Of a DNA stretch of 64,000 nucleotides, positions 53,873 through 64,000 are shown one piece after another; positions within the stretch are counted from its first letter, which is position 1; each line of letters opens with the position of its first letter. The notes below the pieces were generated by a model. The model was not told the origin of the DNA. It ran no database searches and worked only from the letters and a program-made list of their open reading frames with translations. A program made the position numbers and the translations under genes. Source of the stretch: Octopus sinensis (lineage: Eukaryota); NCBI RefSeq assembly GCF_006345805.1, contig NC_042998.1:16368001-16432000 (forward strand). Direction: 5' to 3'.

Positions 53873-54382
53873 TTATGAGAACAGTAAATGAATTAAAATA
53901 TTACATTTCTACCGCATTCCCTGAAATTGATGGAGATCAGAATTTGGGCCGACCTGTGTGTCAGTGTTGGGAAGAGGTTTAAAAGAATGTTGAAATGTTG
54001 AAGGAGGATATTTTGAGTATCTTAGAAATTAAACATTGTCTGTTTAAGATGTGCATAGACATTATGATTTTAAGATTGAAATTTAAATGTAATAAAATGT
54101 TTTAAAAGAAATTTAAAGTGCCTGCGTGATAAATGCTTTTTACCGAGCTGTATATACTTTGATTGTCAAATTTGCTGTATGATCGAAGGAATATTTATTA
54201 TTCCAGCAAATCAAGAGTTCTAGTTTTAGATAAGTAAGAATTATGTCTAGATAATTTTCCTTATACCTGCGTTATTTCTAAGCACGTAAGTGCAGCTTAT
54301 TTTGTTTCGAATCCATGGTAACAGTTCAGAGCAATATGAGGATAACTCTAAGTAATGTTTTATGTTGAAAGAAGACAGTGAG

Positions 54383-54730
54383 ATGACAGAATCGTTGGCA
54401 CGCCGGGCAAAATGAGTAGCGACATTTCGTGCGTCTTTACGTTCTGTAAGGAAATTCCTCTGGGGAAGGTTCTGATTTCATCTTTTCTACAATCGATAAC
54501 ATAAAGTACCAGTTGATCATAGAAATCGATGTAATCGACATAATCCCATCCCCGAAGTTGCTGGCATCGTGCAGAAATTTGAAGCACATATTCTGTTGGA
54601 AGGAGTCGGCAAGCTCGGAAAATCTTCAGCACGCTGGGAAAAATGCCTAGCAGCATTTAATCCGTCTTTATTTCTTGGGTAGACATGCCACCGTGGTCCA
54701 CTGTGCTTTTCATCCTTTCGGAGTCGAAAA
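54383..54730 (+). mobile_element. Two tandem degenerate Nin/Deu-like SINE copies
   Basis: cagaatcgttggcacgccgggcaaaatg...aagtaccagt...gatgtaatcgac, then cttcagcacgctgggaaaaatgcctagc...ctttcatcctttcggagtcga. Confidence 0.65.
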
Positions 54731-55313
54731 ATGAAGCTACAACTAGCACACTGAAATCATTTACTCCATCCCATGAAAGTGCAGGCTTTGCGCTAAATTC
54801 TTAAAAGAATATTCTTTTGTTAGAAAGATGAGAAAGTCTCTTTTCGATATACTTTACTACCACAAATGATTCCCACATATAAGAGTGATTGAGTTAGGTT
54901 GCAACTCATCAGATGACTGAAAACTAAACACATTGAAATTTAACTTCCAGAAAATTATTTGAAGTCATAAACTTTGAAGAGAGAAACATCTGTCATTTCA
55001 TGTACTTCATAAAAAATTACTTGAGGTTATTTTAGCTTGTGGCCATTTAGACCATTTTGCTCCCACCATACAAATGCTCTTTCAAAAACACAGTTGTTAT
55101 AAATCATACGTACACACCAAACTCATTTCATTCAGAATAACGTCATATTGTACTGAAGAAATACAAACATTATTCTACTTCACTGAATTGTGTTCTAGAT
55201 ATATGTAATATTGACATCATAGGAGGTCGATTTTATATCTATATATCTTTATATCTATCTATCTCTTTATCTAACTCTCTCTCTCTCCTTCCTTTCATAA
55301 ACTCCTTTGTTTG

Positions 55314-55356
<43 letters not shown>

Positions 55357-55501
55357 ATGTGTGTATATATCTAAATTTCACTATCTGAATCTCACTCTCT
55401 CTCTCTCTATATATATCTATATATATATATGCAGGTATATATATTTATACGTATGTATATATATACTTGTGTGTATATATGTATATACACACACACACAC
55501 A

Positions 55502-55564
<63 letters not shown>

Positions 55565-55710
55565 TTTCATACATACATAAATATACATTCAGGTAGAAGA
55601 AATCAATTTTGTAAAGATGTATAGTGTTGGTTTATTTCGCTGAAGATTTTGAATAATTTTCCCTGAGTAATTAATGTCTGAGCCAAAAATTACAGAGTAT
55701 ACAGATACAG

Positions 55711-55751
<41 letters not shown>

Positions 55752-55850
55752 TGAGAGAATTAATTTCATATAGTTGTATGTGTGTGTGTATATATTATAT
55801 ATATGTTTAATATGTGCACATACACAGACACACACAAGAATATGTATGTA

Positions 55851-55888
<38 letters not shown>

Positions 55889-58639
55889 CATATATTTATA
55901 TATACATATATACATAGATATATAATGGACCGATTGATTGATAGATAAGATACATTGATACATACATAAGACATATAAGTGTATATGTCTTGATATGCCT
56001 ATACACATATGTATATACATACACGCACGCAGGTATATTTCTCCACAGACCATTTCATATATAGAACAAACACGCACATACATTCTGAAATGTAAAAAAA
56101 AAAACATATATTTATAAAATGGTTTTTCTTTATAGCGTCTCTCAATGTTTTCGTATATACATGCGTAGAATTTATTTAATGTCTTATGATTGTACTGATT
56201 TATTTTTATAATTTTTATCGAATGAAATTTTGAAGTGTTCAGCAGACGATATACAAAAGGCGTGATTGCTATACATAATTTTTGAAACTGAATTGTGAAG
56301 TCTTTTATATAATAGAAGGTTAGACAAAACATCGCAAAATAAATGTTTTCTTGGAAATGAATAAATTAGTACAGCGGAAATAATTAAAGAGTTTTCCAAT
56401 ATAAAAATTCATCCAGATATTGCAATATCCTGTTTCTTATAACGAAATAATAGACTATATGTTGTTCCGTTGGTTTTCCTATTCGAATACTATTAATGAA
56501 CCATATTCAATATACCATGGTATTATTTTTCAGATGATTTTGTTGTTTTCTCTGAATAGATAAAACAAGAAATTCAGTAGCGTATGTATAATTTTCTAAA
56601 ATTAATTACATTTAACAGTTGATAGATACACTCGTATCTGAGGGATAGGAAATCAGGTATGTTATTTTGACTTATTTACCAGTGTGTACGTTGTTATAAA
56701 CCTCCCCCATCTTCACCCGATATAAAGAGAAAAAGAAACCGAAAAGTATACGCAGAAAAGTCGCCATTTATCTTGTCAAAACTCTACTCTTAATTTCTCG
56801 CATGTTTGGAAATGAAATCAAATTTGTATGTCTGGAAGGTGTCAGCATGAAATATATGTACGAATATCAATGCTTTGAAAAAGTATGTCTCGGAATGAAT
56901 AATGGATATAAAATGAAATAATGTTTCTCAGGTTGAAATGAGATTCTGGCTAAGAGATTAGCTTCTCAAAAAATAAAAGCAAAAAACAAACGCCTGCAGT
57001 TTTGATAGCACAAAAGCATTCCAAGGTCCTACCATACAGTTTTGGGTTAGCTATTATTATGTCAGGGGGATCTAGTAGGGATAAATTATATTCAAACCCT
57101 GCATAATAATGCCGTATTGTACATTCATACACACACACACACATACACACACACACGCACACATATATATATGTGTATGCATATATATATACATCAAGAG
57201 TTTGTAGTTCACTTTAAGCGTTGTAGTAGAGGGTTTTGGAAAAGGAGTGTGGTCCGACCGCATGGCCCATTTCAAATTACATGCAGTTGAGTTTTGATGT
57301 ATTTACTGAGATAAAGAAGTGCTGTTAGTTCTGCCCTTCTCAAAGAAGTCCGCATTTTCGCAATGAAATCCTCTAATCTCACATGATTTTAATATTACTT
57401 TGGTAGTCCGACGAACCATTATAAAATTTCATGGAAAGTTCTGGCTCCGGAAGTACACGCCAAACTAATTCTACCTCCCAATGAGTGCGAGTCACTCGGT
57501 CCAAGTTAACGACCTTCTAGGTTATTATCTATTTCATAGTCTCCGGAAACAATTCCGTAATATCTTTGTTGGGCTAAATAGGGGCAGCTCTCTGTTTGCA
57601 ACCCAGAACTCTAGTGACCTTGAAATACTACAACTGTGAAACAAAAATCAGTCGCTTATTTAAAACCTGGTCCTTAAGGTCACTTTCAGACACGGCATTA
57701 AAATAGCTCATTCCATAGATGTCAGGCTAGATTTACAAAATAACATAGCGGAAACCCGGAGAAAAACTTAACATGCCATAATTTTGCACGCAAACACACA
57801 CATATATACGCACACTCACTCACACACATATACACACAACAACAAAAGTAAGCACATAGATGTAAAACTAGACGGGAAAATAACACTACTGTGAAACGTG
57901 CTCATGAACAAATAACATAATCGTTCGTTCACCGCAAAATGTCCTGTGTGCATACATCTCCAATATATTTACCGGCATACTCACACGTGCAAGCACATAC
58001 GCATACTCACGCATACATACACATATACACATATGCACATATTCACGCATGAATGACTGTTGTATTTATATTTCGTTGTTTTAATGAAAATTTCGATTTA
58101 TAATTGAAATCTTCGGCAAATTACAACTCATTTTCTAATAGTTTGAAAAATTATCCTTTTTCTATAAATTGTTTCTTCTTTAATTATATATATATATATT
58201 TTTAATATTCATGTCATATGTTCTATAAAAGTGTGTAGCTACTTTTCATACTGTTGAAGTATATTTTTGATTACCTGAAAAATTGCACGAACATGTTGAA
58301 TCGTATAACAAAGAGAGAATAATATTTTCAAACTTCCATAATATCTGCACGCTCCAGATAAAATATATTTTAATGCGGATCTTTAATTTACGAAATCTTT
58401 TCAAATCATTATATCCGCATCTTTTACCAGCAATATAAATGCCACTCAGTGTTGATACACCTACCATATGACTACACTTTTAATCAAGGTTTGATAACAA
58501 CAGATTGAACAGATTGAAATTCAAATGCGTAACAATGAAAATGTAAGTTATATTGCCTTGTTTATGCTATTTCAATTCACCCACTAAGCTTCCTAATAAA
58601 AAAAAAAATGGACGGCTGAAGACTAGTCAAAAGATTGTT

Positions 58640-58858
58640 GGAGCTACGATTAAGGATTCTGCATCTTAGCCGTCCAACGAAGGAATTCCATCTTAAGTGT
58701 GTCAAGAAAAGGGCGCAAGTGAGAGGTGGGGGTAGCGTTATAGAGTGGGACGCGTTCAGCAGCTTAGGTGGTGGTCCAACTTTTAAGGTTGATGGCAGAC
58801 TGAACAGCATAGGCTATCAGCAATTAGTAAATGAAAATGTGCTGCCATATTTATTCTA
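58640..58858 (+). mobile_element. Tc1 (DD34E-type) transposase fragment
   Basis: GGGSVIEWDAFSSLGGGPTFKVDGRLNSIGYQQLVNENVLP resembles the GGGSVMVWG.F...G.GPL..V.G.LNS..Y motif. Confidence 0.7.
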
Positions 58859-59117
58859 AATATAGAAAGATGTAGAATTTTTCAAAATATAGAATTAGAA
58901 TGGAGAATGTTGAATTATTGTAGAATGGAGAATTAGAATGTAGAATTATCTAAAATCTAGAAAGATTTGTAACGCCTATATCATTCGAAAGAAAAAAAAA
59001 TGTACATAAACTGCAAAAAATTATTTTATACCGTGTTGTTAAAAATAAATTAATGAAGGAAGAGAACTGTCATCATCGGTGTTAAAGTTATTTTGGCCAG
59101 TGTATGTATATATATAT

Positions 59118-59306
59118 GAGTCGCCATGATAGATCGTTAGCCACTACACACATTTTTTTCTCTCTTTGTTTTAATCTGTGTCCCCTTCTGTAGAAGAGCG
59201 TAGGCTTGAAACGTAAAAGACTTTTTCTATTCCTGAGCGTTATACTAATACATCTGTATTTTTTGTACACCACATGTCTTCGTCTTTTGTTCTCTTCGTA
59301 AACTTT

Positions 59307-59310
<4 letters not shown>
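59118..59310 (+). mobile_element. PLE-like 3' terminal fragment with a minimal hammerhead-like motif
   Basis: ctgtagaAGAGCgtagGCTTGAAACGTAaaag plus a T-rich tail ending in (TA)n; related to 40466-40647. Confidence 0.5.
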
Positions 59311-59363
<53 letters not shown>

Positions 59364-59372
59364 TATATATAT

Positions 59373-59820
59373 ACAATTTAAAATTAGGATAAAATCTTTA
59401 TAATAATTTATCAAGTACTCAGCGTGTAAAACCTCATAAGAGAAACAACTCCACCAATTTTTTCACTTAAATATATTTATTTATATTATATAGAGGGCAT
59501 TATTACACATGAATGCGACACACTAGGAGGGACTCTTAATGTCAAAACTACTAAAATAAATAAACACATCGTAGCGAATGCAACTCTCGAAGCAAGTCAT
59601 TTAAAAACGGAATCTAGCTGCAGATCACAGTGATTTCGTAATCAGTGCAGTGGTACACTCTTTACTCATCGGTGCAAGCATAATTCAGCTACATTCTGTT
59701 TTTAAGTGACTTGATTCGAGAGTTGCATTCGGTATGATATGTTTATTTATTTTAGTAGTTTTGATTTTAAGAGTCCCTCGTAGTGTGTGGAATTTATGTA
59801 TAATAATGCCCTCTATAATA
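59373..59820. mobile_element. Foldback element (arms ~59486-59620 / 59687-59820), same family as 10822-11434
   Basis: Shared ggataaaatcttta, cagcgtg.aaaacctc.taagagaaa and gtcaaaactactaaaa blocks; (TA)n on both sides. Confidence 0.85.
59618..59678 (-). ncRNA. Type-I hammerhead ribozyme fold (core CCGAUGA variant)
   Basis: UUGCA-CCGAUGA-GUAA..AGUGUA CCAC UGCACU..UUAC-GAAA-UCAC U GUGA-UC|UGCAG. Confidence 0.75.
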
Positions 59821-59834
59821 TATATATATATATA

Positions 59835-60075
59835 AATATAGGAGTGGACTCCCTTCGGTCATGAATGGCCATGTAAATGCACCAAAATAGTTACCCATCG
59901 TTGCACAAATCCGGGCAAGGTTGTTTATGGAAGGCCATACCAGACTCCTCTCTTCACACCACTGATACCATAGAAAGACAGACTGGGCAAAACAGAACAG
60001 GGGAAATACGTGGGGAAGACCAGCAGTCACCCTTCTTCCCGTCACCGATGTTAACCAAGGGACAGGCAAAGCCAA
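59835..60075 (-). mobile_element. Putative RTE-like LINE/SINE 3' end fragment
   Basis: Tail shared with 6597-6680; no clean ORF. Confidence 0.4.
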
Positions 60076-61482
60076 TACATCTTAGCAACATGACCTCGAA
60101 ACACATCTCTACAAAGATGTAAACAGGAACAATGAGAAATAAAAGGTTTTTGCTCAAGAATACAATTCACAGACAGTTCCGAGAATCGAACTCACTATCT
60201 AATGACTGTGACGACGATGTGTTTACCAGTGAGCCATGCGCCTTCACATATGGGATAATATTTCGAGTTCAATTTCCAAATAACTTGTATATCATATTAA
60301 CGTACTTTTATTTAAATTTTAATCATATGATTTAATTTGTTTTATATAGAGTATTATATTTCCTTAATTATATTATAATATTATAACCTAATCTGTAGTA
60401 ATAATTGGCTGAACTCATGTTACGTCAGATGGACTTTTTGTGTAGAAATTCCTCATAATCATTTTATACCATTGTCTACAACACAATATTTGAGTTTAAA
60501 TTTTAATTCTAAATTGTTTTTCCTCCCGAAATTATTTCAGTTTCTGTGTAGATTAAAACGTAGCAATTGTTAGCATTTCCTTCTCTTCTTCCAGCTGAAA
60601 TATCAGACAACGTATATAATAAAATACTGATAGAAAAAATATAATACAGAAAGAAAAGAATATCTACTAACATTTGTATATGCTTCAGATACACATTACA
60701 CATCATTTATATTTTATCAATATTTTCGACTTAACTTTTGCATTTTCCTTTTATAATGATATTTGTTCTGTTAACTCCTGCTTTTTCTTTACATACTGAT
60801 ATTTGTTCTTTTGTTTCATTGACATTCTAAGATATTGAAAGAGTGAATTAATTCATTCGTTATTTACCAAGCAATATTTTGGTGCACGTTTATTGCGTCC
60901 CGATAGATGTTTTCGCGGTAATGTTTCTTTATGAATTTTGTTATTTGTCCCTTAAAAATTATGAAATTGCCAGTTTTCACTTTCCATACTTGCATTTATA
61001 TAATATACTCCTTACAACTCGTTTGACGACCCAACTATATTTATATAAACAGATATATGTATGTGTGTGAGTGTGTGTGTGTGTGCGGGTGTGAGTATAT
61101 ATGTAATACGAATGTTACGCTGGTTTGTTGAGCCTTGGGAAGTTAAGCTCCTGGGAAGCATTGAAAACTTGGAATCAGATCGAATTGGACTGAAACGTAA
61201 GTGGTATCTTGTTAAAATATATTAGTGCCAATATACCATAATTAAAATTATCTTTACTTCGATCAGTTGTTATATGGAAGTACCCGACGTGAAAAGATCT
61301 ATGTCGAGTCACCACGTAATTAAAATTAAAATTTGATATAATATTATACCTACGTTTCACTACATTTCGCAGTGAGAAATTACGGTCGTTAAGATTGCAA
61401 AATGCACAAACCTAAAATGAGTATGCAGTATTGTAGATAGCTAAAATATGAAATTCAAACACTTTTATAACCCCATGTTTGT

Positions 61483-61634
61483 TTATATAAAATTTGTTTG
61501 ATTAAATAAAATTCTTAGCCAACGTATGAAGATCTAATGTTAATATCAAATATATTACCTAAGCAATACTGGAAATTGAGTCACTTGATGAAGCACCTAT
61601 AAAATGAGTTTATGTTTTGGCTTTATATGGTTTT

Positions 61635-61665
<31 letters not shown>

Positions 61666-62924
61666 GTGTTTAATGTTTCCTAAATAATTTTGATCCCTTC
61701 TTGAAATTTATTTTTATTTAATTGGTTGTGTCCACCAGATTTTCAAATTTAAAGTCCAAAAGGACATCTTGTTTACCATAATATTTTAAATAATTGAATT
61801 CTAGAATGTTTAAGGGAATTGACCAGAATATTAATGATAATAGAAAACTGGCTAATTTTTAATGAACTAAAAATAATGAAAATTATATCTTTATATGTCA
61901 GTGATCATAAAACATTTGGAGTCGATATAAATTGATGTACAAAATAATGATAAGATTCTTATTTAAATATGAAACTATATTTCTGCATTGCAATGGTTTA
62001 ATTGAATATTTTTATATGACTTCTGTCAAGAGTTATAAAACCAGCTTAATGAAGAAATATCATCGATATTAATTACGAGTTCTAAACTAATTACACCAGT
62101 ATTGAATTTCTGGAAGCCAGAGCATTATGCATGTGTGGGAAATAAATATTTAACTCTTAAACGAGACCTGTTCATTTAAAAATATATCATGTTATTAAAA
62201 TTCAGCGTTATTACTGAGCTAAAATAACACATCTTTCAGAAAATCTAACTTAAATTCTCGTAAAATCCCATCAATCATTACAGTCTTTATAGCCAATAAT
62301 TTGAAATGACATTCGGAACGTCAAGTTTCGAACTTCTCTTAAGGTTAAAAATAATAATCGCTTCATTAGTGCTTTAACAAGGTATCCACATATATATGTT
62401 TAGCAGTACTATTTCAAGAGCGAAATTTTCTGCAGGATTTGTTAAGCACGTCGTACTCATAAAATATTTATTTTCAAGATAAGTGCAATTGCGTGAAAAG
62501 TAATCAGCAATATTTCGAGTAATTGTAAATTACTGGTATCTTTTACGCAATGTTTTGTTCGTAATAAGTTAGCCAGTTTTCTATTATCAGTAATATTCTG
62601 GTCAATTCCCTTAAACATTCTAGAATTGAATAATTTTAAATATTATGGCAAACAAGATAGCCTTTTGGACTTTAAACTTGAAAATCTGGTGGACACAACC
62701 AATTAAATAAAAATAAATTTCAAGAAGGAATCAAAATTATTTAGAAAATATTAAACACTATTATTATTATTAACAAAACCATATAAAGCCAACACATAAA
62801 CTCATTTTATAGGTGCTTCATCAAGTGACTCAATTTCCAGCATTGCTTAGGTAATATATTTGATATTAACATTAAATCCTCATCCGTTGGCTAAGAATTT
62901 TATTTAAACAAACAAATTATATAA
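61483..62924. repeat. Long inverted repeat: ~370-bp arms (61483-61856 / 62566-62924) with a ~710-bp spacer
   Basis: Arms align as reverse complements at roughly 90% by eye; they differ in the length of an internal (AAT)n. Confidence 0.92.
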
Positions 62925-64000
62925 CTCTTCAAATGTATCTTTATGTATCACAAGTAAGTTTTCCCATTTATATATTCAAACTACAAAGATTTTTAATGCA
63001 AACAGCTTGAAATCGTACAAGTATGGTGTTAGCATTGCAAACTATTTTGTGCATGAAACTCTTCCCTTTATAATGAGGATATTTCTAATCCTTCTTATTA
63101 TATGAAATACGTCAAACCTGTTTACTTCTATAACTTAAAATCGTTGAAAGGCATAGACGTGAAATGCCCTAAAACTGCATTTCATGGTCTATTATTTTTC
63201 CGAAATGGTCTGTTTAATCATGCGCCTAATTTTACTAAAAGCAATAAGAATTGGTAACTCCTATCCGGTCCATTCTATTACAAATATTCGGATCATTCTT
63301 CCATCAAAACATATGTCATGATATCCAGTTTATTAGGCATTTTGATGATCTTCTCCAAGAGGAAGCTGCACGAAGTCTTTGACGTTGCGGTGCCTTCCCA
63401 GGTAAATATGAACATAGTGATTCGCTTGACGAAAGTCAGTGCTAGTTCGATGCCAAAGCAATTATACTAATATGTAGGACTTTTTCTCATGTTAGTACAA
63501 GAGTGATTTCATAACAACAAACTTAGAACGTTGTATCAAACGTCCAGTTCCTCTCTACAAATAATAGTAATATATTTTGTTTTAATTTATTAAATCACTC
63601 ATTAGCTAATCTGTACAAAATTCACAACTTTTCGAATAAATACCTTAATAAATATTTAAGAAAACGAAGAGTAGAAAAAATCTAAATACTCATATAAATG
63701 TAATTTTAGATTGTATAAAAATTTACAACAAATTGTTCAATAAAATTTTCAGGTTAAGTAAGAAGTAAATAATGAATTGATATATCATATTCTTTTTGAT
63801 TCATATGTTTCTATTTACAGCTTTATAGAAAATTCGATTCAGAATTCTGTGCACACATATTCCACATTCCTAGATATATTTGCTTAAAATATTGCGGAAA
63901 ATGAATAATTTTCCGTAATTAATATAGTTTAGTGTGGTAAATTCATAGTACGTATGCAAAATATTTATGAATTTGCGTGTGAATAACTCAGTAGAGAAAG

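Overview
AT-rich eukaryotic non-coding DNA, dense in (TA)n/(CA)n/(GATA)n/(ATT)n microsatellites and tRNA-derived SINEs. The repeat families look like an octopod cephalopod (Octopus-like) genome; this is inference from recalled repeat sequences, not a database result. No host protein-coding gene can be supported, and most listed ORFs are microsatellite artefacts. Recognisable elements, all decayed or truncated: an RTE-type LINE with an open RT but a deleted endonuclease, a Penelope-like (PLE) RT fragment, CR1 and R4/Dong fragments, a full-length dead mariner with TIRs, three further Tc1/mariner fragments, and an OTU-protease-bearing Helitron. The most interesting signal is a set of unrelated short elements, mostly embedded in (TA)n tracts and built as foldback (inverted) or direct-repeat units. 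Several carry type-I hammerhead-ribozyme folds: 11231-11295, 59618-59678, a back-to-back pair at 40315-40425, and minimal or decayed ones at 40514, 45701, 46241, 46679/47016 and 59184. This looks like a multi-family population of PLE-terminal-repeat or retrozyme-like self-cleaving elements. All folds were derived by hand and are untested.
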